From: a virus
Lineage: Duplodnaviria > Heunggongvirae > Uroviricota > Caudoviricetes
Reading direction: 5' to 3' (one strand)
IMG/VR virus record: IMGVR_UViG_2595698871_000001
Location: 109,443 to 173,442 of that record
DNA: 64,000 nt
In this document: in pieces, positions 24,816-32,391 of the stretch
Layout: each line of letters starts with the position of its first letter
How positions within the stretch are numbered: position 1 is the stretch's first letter
Position numbers and translations under genes: made by a program
Notes under the pieces: model-generated
Seen by the model: the letters and a program-made list of their open reading frames with translations, nothing else
Databases searched by the model: none
What the model was told of the DNA's origin: nothing

Positions 24816-25291
24816 TAACGCAGGAGCTTCAGCGACGAGGGGGCGTGGTATTTGAACGCCGCCTCGGTGATCGGCCCGATCCCCACGAAGGTCACGGTCG
24901 GCTTCTCGAAGACGGTGCGCCCGGCGTCGACGACCAGGGTCGCGCCGGCATACTCCCGGAAGCGCTCGTAGAGGGCTTCCAGTTCTTCGTTGGTGCCGGT
25001 GTGGAGCGCGATCTTCGCCGCCGACTGCGAGTAGCGGTACTGGCGCGCGGTCTTGGGGAAGCGCTCCATGGCGTCCCACCACGCATGCAGGTAGGCGTGG
25101 CCAGCCTGGGCGGAGAGCTTGCCGATGTTGAGGGACTTGTCCTCGGGCTTGCGGCTGCGCTTGGCCACGGTCATCGCGTCGAGCGCTTCCTGGCTGACGA
25201 TGGCGTAGAGGCGCAGTTCAGCCTTGGACTTGCCGGCGAAGCACGCCATCACGAGGTCCCAGGCGTGCAACCAGCTTTCGAAGAATTTCAT
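24815..25291 (-). CDS. peptidyl-tRNA hydrolase, PTH2 (archaeal/eukaryotic) type
   Basis: GKLSAQAGHA (cf. GKVAAQCSHA of human PTRH2) and LVVDAGRTVFEKPTVTFVGIGP (cf. [21 protein letters not shown]); C-terminal SLKLL. Confidence 0.7.
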   Translation of the reverse strand: MKFFESWLHAWDLVMACFAGKSKAELRLYAIVSQEALDAMTVAKRSRKPEDKSLNIGKLSAQAGHAYLHAWWDAMERFPKTARQYRYSQSAAKIALHTGTNEELEALYERFREYAGATLVVDAGRTVFEKPTVTFVGIGPITEAAFKYHAPSSLKLLR

Positions 25292-25731
25292 GCCCGCAAG
25301 GCCCTTTCGTAGTGGTCCTCCAGCGCGATGGCCGCGTCGAAGGCGATGTCGATGAGGTCCTCGTTGATGATGACCTCGCAGGATCGGTGGAGGCTGATCA
25401 ACGCCAGGGGCTCGTAGGCCTTGTTGAGCGTCGACAGCGTCTTGATGTTCAGGGCCAGTCGATCGAGCAGCTTGACGCCGTAGACCTCAGGTCCGAACGG
25501 GTGCTTCTGCGCGTAGAGCCGCTTCTTGACCTTCGGAAAGGTCTCCCAGTCCTTGACGTGCAGGTCGGACATCAGGTCGGCGGTCTGCTCGATCAGGGTC
25601 ACATAGCGCATCAGCTTGCGGAGCCGGACCTGGATGTCGTCGGACTTGGCCGTCGGCGGAGGATCGCGACAATCCTCCGCCTCATGGGCCGCCAGCATCC
25701 GCGCTCGAAAGAGGACGTCGGCGATCGGCAC
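25288..25731 (-). CDS. hypothetical protein (147 aa)
   Basis: GTG start; ATGA overlap with PTH2. Confidence 0.5.
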   Translation of the reverse strand: MPIADVLFRARMLAAHEAEDCRDPPPTAKSDDIQVRLRKLMRYVTLIEQTADLMSDLHVKDWETFPKVKKRLYAQKHPFGPEVYGVKLLDRLALNIKTLSTLNKAYEPLALISLHRSCEVIINEDLIDIAFDAAIALEDHYERALRA

Positions 25732-25734
25732 CGA

Positions 25735-26172
25735 TTAGGCCTCGGGCGTCGGGGCTTCGGCTTCCGGCTCGGCGGCGGCGGTGGTCTTGGCCTTGCCTTT
25801 GCTGCCCGACGACGGCGAGGCCTGCGCTTCGTCAGCCGCCGGCGCGGCGGCCGGGGTCTCGACCAGAACCGGCTCGGCGTCGGCCGGCACGTCGACCGCA
25901 GCGTAGTCGGCCTCGAACGCGGCCGGCTTCAGGATCAGCAGTTCGTAGTCGTCGCCGCGCGGGATGCGCACGATGAAGTCGTCCTGGGTCGCCGAGGCGA
26001 TCTGGCCGTTGATCGGGACCAGCAGCTTGCCGACGGCATCCTTGCCGACAGCCATGGTGCCCATGGCGGTGTAGGCGGTGTGCTGCGTCAGCCACTCGGG
26101 CAGGTCTTCCAGGCGCTGGAAGGTGTATTGGACCGCATCCACGGTCACGGGCAGACGAGTGTACTTGCTCAA
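25735..26172 (-). CDS. hypothetical protein (145 aa; A/P/E-rich C-terminus)
   Basis: TTG start 8 nt after an aggag RBS. Confidence 0.5.
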   Translation of the reverse strand: MSKYTRLPVTVDAVQYTFQRLEDLPEWLTQHTAYTAMGTMAVGKDAVGKLLVPINGQIASATQDDFIVRIPRGDDYELLILKPAAFEADYAAVDVPADAEPVLVETPAAAPAADEAQASPSSGSKGKAKTTAAAEPEAEAPTPEA

Positions 26173-26181
26173 GGATAGCTC

Positions 26182-26766
26182 CTACTGGGGCTGGGCCGGC
26201 GCCGGGATGGCGAAGGCAAGGGAGTCTTCGACCAGGGCCAAGAGGTCGGTGACCAGCTTGGGATTGAGGTCGTCTTGGGTCAGGGCGGCGGCGACGGCGT
26301 TGATCCGCGACCACGTGAAGTCCTCGGTCAGGCCGAGATTGTGGAGGCGCAGCAGGGTCTCGCCGTGGATCGCCACGACGCCGGAAAGCTCGCGCAGGGT
26401 GCGCAGGGTCAGAGGCCGCTCGGAGAGCATCTTGATCGCGCTGCCCGAGGGCGCCAGGAGCAGGCGCATCCAGTCGCCGGCGGGATCGTCGGCCCGGCGC
26501 AGGTCCGGATGGTCCAGGGTCGCGCCCCAGATCACCGCGTGGGCTTTCGCTGCCAGCGACTGGCGGCGCTTGGCGATGGCCTCGGCTTCCTTGGCTTCGC
26601 GCTGGGCCGCCAGGAAGGTGGCGATGATCACCGAGGGGAAGATCGCCACCAGGAAGAAGGCGAGGCGGTCGGTCCAGACCGCGTGCGGCGTGACCACGTT
26701 CATGCCCGTGCCGATCAGCACCGTCGGGTAGATCAGCCCGCCGTGGCGGTGGATGAAGCGGATCAT
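26182..26766 (-). CDS. membrane protein (2 TM), hypothetical
   Basis: Hydrophobic segments LIYPTVLIGTGMNVV and LAFFLVAIFPSVIIATFLAA; ggagg RBS. Confidence 0.5.
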   Translation of the reverse strand: MIRFIHRHGGLIYPTVLIGTGMNVVTPHAVWTDRLAFFLVAIFPSVIIATFLAAQREAKEAEAIAKRRQSLAAKAHAVIWGATLDHPDLRRADDPAGDWMRLLLAPSGSAIKMLSERPLTLRTLRELSGVVAIHGETLLRLHNLGLTEDFTWSRINAVAAALTQDDLNPKLVTDLLALVEDSLAFAIPAPAQPQ

Positions 26767-26769
26767 GAA

Positions 26770-26840
26770 AAGGGCCTCCGGCGTTGTCGTCGAAGGCCCT
26801 TCTAGCGAGTCGGTGTCAGGCTGTCAACACTTGTCAGCCA
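26770..26840 (-). promoter_or_regulatory. consensus promoter/leader element
   Basis: Reverse complement reads GTGTTGACAGcc..(17)..CTAGAAGGGCcttCGACGACAACGccGGAGGcc..ATG. Confidence 0.55.
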
Positions 26841-27442
26841 GCGTCTTCCACCAGCCGCGCGATCCGCTCGAAGCCCAGTTCCAGGCGGCCCCAGAAGGCA
26901 CCGGGCACGTGCGGCTTGACGACCTCGGTGAAGCGGGCGCGCTCCTTCAGGTACATCTTGGCCATGCCCAGATGCGGTGCGTTCGTCGCCGGGTCCTTGA
27001 TCGAGGCCTCGACGTTGGCGATCCGATCGGCCAGCTTCAGGATGCAGGCCTCGGGGTGCTCGCCCAGCTTGCGGTAGATGTCCTCGTTGCGGGCCTTGCG
27101 GTTGGGGCCGATGCCCGACACCGCCCAGACCAGCGCCGCGACGCGCTCGCCGAACTTGTCCTCAACCATCTGCCGGCGGGCCTCGGGCGTCATGTCGAGG
27201 TGGGTGTCCTCGATCACGTCGTGCAGTTTGGCCGCCGCCGTCCAGGTGAAGCCCGCATAGCCGTAGTCGTCCAGGATGCGCTCGACCTTCTGGAGGTGGT
27301 AGAGGTAGGGCTGGCCGGCGTACTGCTGCTCGCCGTGCGCGGCGATGGCGAACTTCGTCGGGTCCTCCTGCTGGTAGGTGCCGGGGGCGTCCTCCATCAG
27401 GCTGGCCAGTTGATCGGGATCGGACAGGGGCGTGTCGGTCAT
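26834..27442 (-). CDS. small alarmone hydrolase (SpoT/RelA-type HD domain, Mesh1-like (p)ppGpp hydrolase)
   Basis: FAIAAHGEQQYAGQPYLYHLQKV...AAKLHDVIEDT...ILKLADRIANV matches the HD hydrolase signature (H...HD....D, KLADRLHNM) of RelA/SpoT and SAH enzymes. Confidence 0.75.
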   Translation of the reverse strand: MTDTPLSDPDQLASLMEDAPGTYQQEDPTKFAIAAHGEQQYAGQPYLYHLQKVERILDDYGYAGFTWTAAAKLHDVIEDTHLDMTPEARRQMVEDKFGERVAALVWAVSGIGPNRKARNEDIYRKLGEHPEACILKLADRIANVEASIKDPATNAPHLGMAKMYLKERARFTEVVKPHVPGAFWGRLELGFERIARLVEDAG

Positions 27443-27846
27443 GACGTTTTCTCGGGGATCAGGGTGAAGACCTCCACCCCCTCGTCGATGCGCATGTGGT
27501 GCGTCGGCGGGTGGGCGGGGTTGTAGCGGATGTAGCCGGCGAGGCCGCCGTCGATCATCGCGCCGCCGCGCTCCTGGTAGTCGTGGCGGAAGCGCGAGAC
27601 CAGGAACGAGCCGTCGGCGAGCTTGATGGCCGAGAACACCGCCTCGCGGATCGAGGCCGCCGAGGTGATGTAGATGCCGTCCTTGAGCGGGTGGATGAAG
27701 AGGCCAAAGTAGTTGTCGTGGCCCTGCGAGCGATCCGGCGTCTCGGTGTAGAAGACGTAGAACGGCCCCTCCCGATCCGGGAGGTCGTAGTAGCCCACGT
27801 ACTTGGCGTTGTAGTGCTCTTCGGCGGCTTTGATGTTGATGCCCAT
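27439..27846 (-). CDS. hypothetical protein (135 aa)
   Basis: Start at the internal Met (MGINIKAAE); overlaps the neighbouring genes' stops. Confidence 0.5.
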   Translation of the reverse strand: MGINIKAAEEHYNAKYVGYYDLPDREGPFYVFYTETPDRSQGHDNYFGLFIHPLKDGIYITSAASIREAVFSAIKLADGSFLVSRFRHDYQERGGAMIDGGLAGYIRYNPAHPPTHHMRIDEGVEVFTLIPEKTS

Positions 27847-28346
27847 CAGGCGACCCTCAAGAATTCGCCCCAGGCGGGGGCGGCGTATTTCAGGTAGGCC
27901 TCGTGCGCGGCCTCCGGCGTAGTATAGCGCCCCAGGAAGCGATAGACACCATGAATGGTGATCTGGGCCTGGAACGGCTTGCTCTTGCACCGGCACTTGG
28001 TCACGCCCTTGGGCAGGGCGCCGATCGGGCGGCGGTTGACGAGGTTCTGCGACCGCGTCGCCTTCCGGAGGTTCTTGATCCGGTTGTTGCGGCGGTTGCA
28101 GTCCTCGTGGTCGACGTCATGGTCGGGAACGACCCCGTGGTGGAGCGCCCAGGCCAGCTTGTGGGCGGCGATCTGGATGCGGCGGCCCTCGAAAGGAACC
28201 TTGATCACCCGGTAGCCGTCCTGGTTGACCGTGCCCAGGCGCTTGCGGGTCTTGGAGCCCCGCAGGTAGATGGCGCCGGACGAGGCCTCGTAGCGATAGC
28301 GCGCCCTGAGGTACTCGACCGGGATGACGTACTCTGCCCCCGACAT
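27846..28346 (-). CDS. HNH homing endonuclease with AP2-like DNA-binding domain
   Basis: HNH motif VDHEDCNRRNNRIKNLRKATRSQN; downstream AP2-like segment FQAQITIHGVYRFLGRYTTPEAAHEAYLKYA. Confidence 0.7.
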   Translation of the reverse strand: MSGAEYVIPVEYLRARYRYEASSGAIYLRGSKTRKRLGTVNQDGYRVIKVPFEGRRIQIAAHKLAWALHHGVVPDHDVDHEDCNRRNNRIKNLRKATRSQNLVNRRPIGALPKGVTKCRCKSKPFQAQITIHGVYRFLGRYTTPEAAHEAYLKYAAPAWGEFLRVA

Positions 28347-28350
28347 GGGA

Positions 28351-28590
28351 TCAATCCTTCTTGGCGTACCGCTTGAAGAGGAGGTAGAAGCCGTAGGCGA
28401 CCAGGACCCCGAGCCAGCAGAACCACAGGATCGCCGCCTGCCCCAGGGTCATGAAGAAGAACCCGATCTTCCAGTCGTCGTTGAACCGGTTCTCCCGGTT
28501 CTCCCAGACCTTGGGGTAGTCGATGGCGTAGCGGTAGCCGATCCGGGCCAGCGCGATCAGGCCGCCCAGGATGAAATAGATGTCCTGCAT
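28351..28590 (-). CDS. small membrane protein (2 TM)
   Basis: IYFILGGLIALARIGY and IGFFFMTLGQAAILWFCWLGVLVAYGFYLLF. Confidence 0.5.
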   Translation of the reverse strand: MQDIYFILGGLIALARIGYRYAIDYPKVWENRENRFNDDWKIGFFFMTLGQAAILWFCWLGVLVAYGFYLLFKRYAKKD

Positions 28591-28597
28591 GGCGGAC

Positions 28598-28873
28598 CTA
28601 CTTCGTGGAGGCGTTGTCGACGGCGTCGACGGCCTTCTCCGCCAGGGCGCCCAGCTTCTTGCGGACGAAGAAGAACACGCCGGCCCAGAAGCCCAGGAAC
28701 AGCGCCAGCGGCCAGATCAGGCCGATGATGATCCCGGCGATGCCGAAGAAGAAGCAGTAGACGCCGATGCCTTCGTAGTTGGTGATCCCCAGCTTGCGGA
28801 ACACCGCCGGGAAGACGGTCGCGGCGGCGGCCCAGACGCCGGCGCAGATGAAGAGCGCGGTGAGGAAATACAT
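28598..28873 (-). CDS. small membrane protein (2-3 TM)
   Basis: Highly hydrophobic 91-aa ORF. Confidence 0.5.
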   Translation of the reverse strand: MYFLTALFICAGVWAAAATVFPAVFRKLGITNYEGIGVYCFFFGIAGIIIGLIWPLALFLGFWAGVFFFVRKKLGALAEKAVDAVDNASTK

Positions 28874-29175
28874 CAGGTCGGTTCCTTTTCGAGCCCGTGG
28901 TCGGGGTCGTACTTGACGAGGATGCCGTCTTCGTTCCGGTGCTCCATCAGGGGCAGGCCGGAGACGAACTGCGGCACGAAGAGGTCGCGGCGCGGCTGCT
29001 GGAGCCAGATGAGGCCGGTCTCGGCCACCTGCGCGCGCTCGGCCGGCGAAAGCTCCCAGCAGGAGATCACGCCCTCGGGGCCGGTGTAGGTGTGCAGCGG
29101 GATGACCGAGTCCTCGTTGCCCGGCGCCGGGTTCCAGACCTTGTTGGAGCCGGCGAAGTTACGCGGCGTGGCCAT
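28873..29175 (-). CDS. hypothetical protein (100 aa)
   Basis: ORF with good codon usage; ATGA overlap. Confidence 0.5.
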   Translation of the reverse strand: MATPRNFAGSNKVWNPAPGNEDSVIPLHTYTGPEGVISCWELSPAERAQVAETGLIWLQQPRRDLFVPQFVSGLPLMEHRNEDGILVKYDPDHGLEKEPT

Positions 29176-29407
29176 GCTTGGACCCCTTGTTGACGAAGAA
29201 CCAGATCGCCAGCGCGATCAGGAAGCCGGGCACGGCCAGGGGCCATGCGAAGGTGACGCCCAGGAAGACGAAGACGCCCAGGAAGACCGCACCGACCGCG
29301 TCGGAGAGCTTGAGCACCCCGTCCTTGGTCTCGTGCTTGATCGCCCAGAAGAGCGCGCCCAGGCCGGCGATCACGCCGACGATGAGAGAGAAGAGGATGT
29401 ACTTCAA
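29159..29407 (-). CDS. small membrane protein (2-3 TM)
   Basis: Hydrophobic 82-aa ORF; TTG start overlapping the mazG stop. Confidence 0.5.
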   Translation of the reverse strand: MKYILFSLIVGVIAGLGALFWAIKHETKDGVLKLSDAVGAVFLGVFVFLGVTFAWPLAVPGFLIALAIWFFVNKGSKHGHAA

Positions 29408-29787
29408 AGCAAGCCCGCCGCCTGCTTGGCGGCCTCCTTGGCGCGGACCTTGTCATGCGACAGGCTCTTCACGCGGTTGATCTCGTCGGCCTCGCAGCCG
29501 TCGGCGCTGATGCCGAGGTTCTCGCAGAGGGTGTAGAGCGACAGGAGCAACCCGCCGACCTCCTCCTTGACCTCGCCGACCGGGCGCCCGTAGGTCCAGT
29601 GGGCCTGCCGGATCACGTCCTCCAAGGTCAGGCCCTGGGTCTGGACGAGTTCCATGCACTCCTCCAGCGTCCGGAAGGCCTGGATGCGGCGGTTGAAGAC
29701 GCGGCCCGTCAGGACCTCCTCAACCCACTTCCAGCACCATGTCTGGCGCTTGGCCCGGTGCTCGTGGCAGGCGTCCACCTCGGTCAC
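29404..29787 (-). CDS. mazG: MazG-like nucleotide pyrophosphohydrolase (all-alpha NTP-PPase)
   Basis: EEVGGLLLSLYTLCENLGISADGCEADEINRVKS fits the MazG E..E...E/D helix pattern; GTG start overlapping the upstream TGA (GTGA); the upstream part of the ORF-track entry is an off-frame shadow of rtcB. Confidence 0.5.
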   Translation of the reverse strand: MTEVDACHEHRAKRQTWCWKWVEEVLTGRVFNRRIQAFRTLEECMELVQTQGLTLEDVIRQAHWTYGRPVGEVKEEVGGLLLSLYTLCENLGISADGCEADEINRVKSLSHDKVRAKEAAKQAAGLL

Positions 29788-29933
29788 GATTTGGTCCACT
29801 TGAACAGGCTCCAGAACGATTGGCGGGTATCGCGTGACCAGCGCCAGGGGCGGATCACCAGGATCGAGGCGATGACGGCGACGATCGCGTAGATCGTCGC
29901 CGCCCGCCCCAGGACGTCCAGGAAGGCCGTCAT
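29784..29933 (-). CDS. small membrane protein (49 aa), tentative
   Basis: ATG 3 nt after the rtcB stop; MTAFLDVLGRAATIYAIVAVIASILVIRPW...; below the ORF-track length cut-off. Confidence 0.35.
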   Translation of the reverse strand: MTAFLDVLGRAATIYAIVAVIASILVIRPWRWSRDTRQSFWSLFKWTKS

Positions 29934-29936
29934 CGA

Positions 29937-31169
29937 CTAGCCCTTCACGCAGAGGACTTGCTTCAGGGTGTGGACGATGTCCACGAGGTCCTTCTGCGCC
30001 TCCATGACCGCGTCGATGTCCTTGTAGGCCATCGGGATTTCGTCGATCACGCCGATGTCCTTGCGGCACTCGACGCCTTCGGTCGCCTTGATCTGGTCTT
30101 CCAGCGTGAAGGCGGCCTTGGCGGCGGTGCGCGACATGGTCCGCCCCGCGCCGTGCGAGCACGAGCAGAACGAGTCGGCGTTGCCCTTGCCGCGCACGAT
30201 GTAGGACTTGGCCCCCATCGAGCCGGGGATGATGCCGAACTGGTCCTTCTGAGCCGACACCGCGCCCTTGCGGGTCACGAAGACCCACTCGTCGAAGTGG
30301 AACTCCTTCTGGACGTAGTTGTGGTGGCAGTTCACCGCTTCCTTGTCCGTCTTGAAGGGCGGCAGGCCCGAGGCGCGCATGGCGTCCAGGACCCGGATCA
30401 TCATCATCTCGCGGTTGATCCGCGCGAAGTCCTGACCCCAGGCGACGGCTTCCACGTAGTCGTAGAATTCCGGCTCGCCTTCCGACAGCCACGCGAGGTC
30501 CTTGTCGAGCGGCTTCTGACCGTCCCGACGCAGCATCATCTCCTTGGCCTTCTCGATGAAGATACGGCCGATGGTGTTGCCGACGCCGCGCGAGCCCGAG
30601 TGGAGCATCACCCAGACGCGCTGGTCCTCGTCGAGGCAGACCTCGATGAAGTGGTTGCCGCCGCCCAGCGTGCCCAGTTGGACGACGCTGTTGGCGTTCT
30701 TGAGGGTCTTGTACTTGTCGCAGAGCTTCTCGAACCGGGCTTCCAGGCCCGAGTCGACCCACTTGCGCATGATCGAGTTCGGGATGCCGCTACGCCCGTT
30801 CCAGCCGCCCGACGGACCCGGCCCGCCGTGCGGGACGGCGTGCTCGATCAGCGAGCGCAGCTTGGCGAGGCTGTCGGGCAGGTCCGAGGCCTTCAGCGAG
30901 GTGCGCACGGCCATCATGCCGCAGCCGATGTCCACGCCCACGGCCGCCGGGATGATGGCGCCCTTGGTCGGGATCACCGAGCCCACGGTCGAGCCGATGC
31001 CCATGTGGACGTCCGGCATCAGGGCCACATGCGAGTGGATGAACGGCAGGGCGGCGAGGTTGTGCGCCTGCACCTGGGCGGGCTGCTCGAAGGTCACACC
31101 CCGGACCCAGGCCTTGATCACCCCGCCGTTCCAGCCGGTGATCTCTTCGTATTGGGTCTCGGCGGTCAT
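29937..31169 (-). CDS. rtcB: RtcB RNA 3'-phosphate/2',3'-cyclic-phosphate – 5'-OH ligase
   Basis: Hallmark blocks GGGNHFIE, HSGSRGVGN, CHHNY, SCSHGAGR; 410 aa; gaggag RBS. Confidence 0.9.
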   Translation of the reverse strand: MTAETQYEEITGWNGGVIKAWVRGVTFEQPAQVQAHNLAALPFIHSHVALMPDVHMGIGSTVGSVIPTKGAIIPAAVGVDIGCGMMAVRTSLKASDLPDSLAKLRSLIEHAVPHGGPGPSGGWNGRSGIPNSIMRKWVDSGLEARFEKLCDKYKTLKNANSVVQLGTLGGGNHFIEVCLDEDQRVWVMLHSGSRGVGNTIGRIFIEKAKEMMLRRDGQKPLDKDLAWLSEGEPEFYDYVEAVAWGQDFARINREMMMIRVLDAMRASGLPPFKTDKEAVNCHHNYVQKEFHFDEWVFVTRKGAVSAQKDQFGIIPGSMGAKSYIVRGKGNADSFCSCSHGAGRTMSRTAAKAAFTLEDQIKATEGVECRKDIGVIDEIPMAYKDIDAVMEAQKDLVDIVHTLKQVLCVKG

Positions 31170-31179
31170 GTGCTCCTCG

Positions 31180-31245
31180 CTGCCGTTGTCGTGATTTACG
31201 ACTTTTGACCACGCCCTTCGTCGTCTGTCAACACACCTTCGATCG
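31180..31245 (-). promoter_or_regulatory. promoter/leader element upstream of rtcB, embedded in the 3' end of a small upstream ORF
   Basis: Reverse complement reads GTGTTGACAGacgacgaagggcgtggTCAAAAGtcgtaaatcaCGACAACGgcagcGAGGAGcacATG. Confidence 0.5.
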
Positions 31246-31375
31246 CCTCGATCTGAGATTCGGCCAGAAAACGGATCGCCGCGTCGTCGGCCCCGCAGCG
31301 CCCGATGATCTGGTCGAGGACCTCCAGGGTGTCCTCCAGCATGCTGCGGTAGGTGTTCTCGCGCGGGGTGCTCAT
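31196..31375 (-). CDS. small hypothetical protein (59 aa), tentative
   Basis: MSTPRENTYRSMLEDTLEVLDQIIGRCG...; ATGA-coupled to the upstream small ORF; acceptable codon usage. Confidence 0.35.
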   Translation of the reverse strand: MSTPRENTYRSMLEDTLEVLDQIIGRCGADDAAIRFLAESQIEAIEGVLTDDEGRGQKS

Positions 31376-31476
31376 GGGATCGCTTTCAGCACTTGGATGA
31401 GGGCCGCCCAGAGCGCCAGATCGGCGAGGACGGCGAGGAAGAGTTCATAGTTCAAACGGGCGCCCTTGTGGGTCAT
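31372..31476 (-). CDS. small hydrophobic peptide (34 aa), tentative
   Basis: Strong gggagg RBS 5 nt upstream of the ATG; MTHKGARLNYELFLAVLADLALWAALIQVLKAIP. Confidence 0.35.
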   Translation of the reverse strand: MTHKGARLNYELFLAVLADLALWAALIQVLKAIP

Positions 31477-31492
31477 CGCTGCCTCCCTGAAA

Positions 31493-31529
31493 CGAAAAAC
31501 GCCGGCGAGTAGGTCCCGCCGGCGTTTCC
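31493..31529 (-). terminator. intrinsic terminator (CGCCGGCG agtaggtcc CGCCGGCG) with TTTTTC on the minus strand
   Basis: 8-bp GC stem followed on the minus strand by TTTTTCGTTTC; immediately downstream of the SPFH gene stop. Confidence 0.6.
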
Positions 31530-31556
31530 GTAGTCCAAATCTAGGCCGTCAGGCCG

Positions 31557-32387
31557 TTAGTTCACCTTGACGAAGGGCACCGCCCCGCCGGTCGTGGTCG
31601 GCAGGCGGCCGTCCCACTTCTCGATCGCCTTCAGTTCGACGATCTGCGGGCTGGCCGCGATCGACGCCGCCAGCAGGCGGTTCGATTCGGCTTGACCACG
31701 GGCTTGCTCGATCGCGGCGTTGGCTTCAGCCTTGGCGACCTCGACGCGGGCGGTGGCCGCCACGGTGTCGGCGTCAGCCTTGGTCTTGGCCTGGATCGAG
31801 TCGAGGATCACCTGCGGGTAGCGGATGTTGCCGATCCAGTCGAGTTGGCTGATCGTCACGCCCTCCTTGGCCCACTTGTGCTGGACCGTGGCGAGGGCCT
31901 TCTGGATCACCTGCTGGCGACCGCCCTTGTAGAGGTACTCGACCGACACCAGTTCGGTTTCGCGGGCGATGGCCGAGCGCACGTCGTTGCGGATCGGGCC
32001 TTCGAACAGTTGGTCGAACGACAGCCGGTACTTCTTGTAGAGCGCCGGCGCCGCCGCCGAGTCGACGCGCATGACGAGTTGGACGTCGGCGGTCATCGGC
32101 AGGGCGTTGTTGTCCGAGAACGTGACTTCTTCGTTCTCGCCGCCGCGCTCATCACGTTCGCGGGTGTAGGTGTAGGTGCGTTGGATCGCCGGGTAGTCGA
32201 CGATCTTCTCGCCGAAGCTGTTGAAGTGCATGCCCGAGGACAGCGGGGCGGGATCGACACCCGAGCCGCCAACGGTGCGAATCTTCACGCCGATATTGCC
32301 GGGCTCGACGGTGTGCCAGCCGCAGGCCGACATGGTCGCCGCCATGCCCATCAGGGCCACGGCAGTCAAAAGAGACTTGATCTTCAA
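31557..32387 (-). CDS. SPFH/Band-7 (prohibitin/stomatin-like) lipoprotein
   Basis: Signal peptide plus lipobox (LLTAVALMGMAATMSAC); SPFH-like central domain followed by an A/E/Q-rich coiled-coil tail; TTG start with gaggag RBS. Confidence 0.55.
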   Translation of the reverse strand: MKIKSLLTAVALMGMAATMSACGWHTVEPGNIGVKIRTVGGSGVDPAPLSSGMHFNSFGEKIVDYPAIQRTYTYTRERDERGGENEEVTFSDNNALPMTADVQLVMRVDSAAAPALYKKYRLSFDQLFEGPIRNDVRSAIARETELVSVEYLYKGGRQQVIQKALATVQHKWAKEGVTISQLDWIGNIRYPQVILDSIQAKTKADADTVAATARVEVAKAEANAAIEQARGQAESNRLLAASIAASPQIVELKAIEKWDGRLPTTTGGAVPFVKVN

Positions 32388-32391
32388 GGGG

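Noticed and set aside
29404-30762. 452-aa ORF-track entry
   Set aside because: Upstream of 29787 it is an Arg/Gly-rich alternative frame of rtcB; the real product is the C-terminal MazG-like 127 aa starting at GTG 29787.
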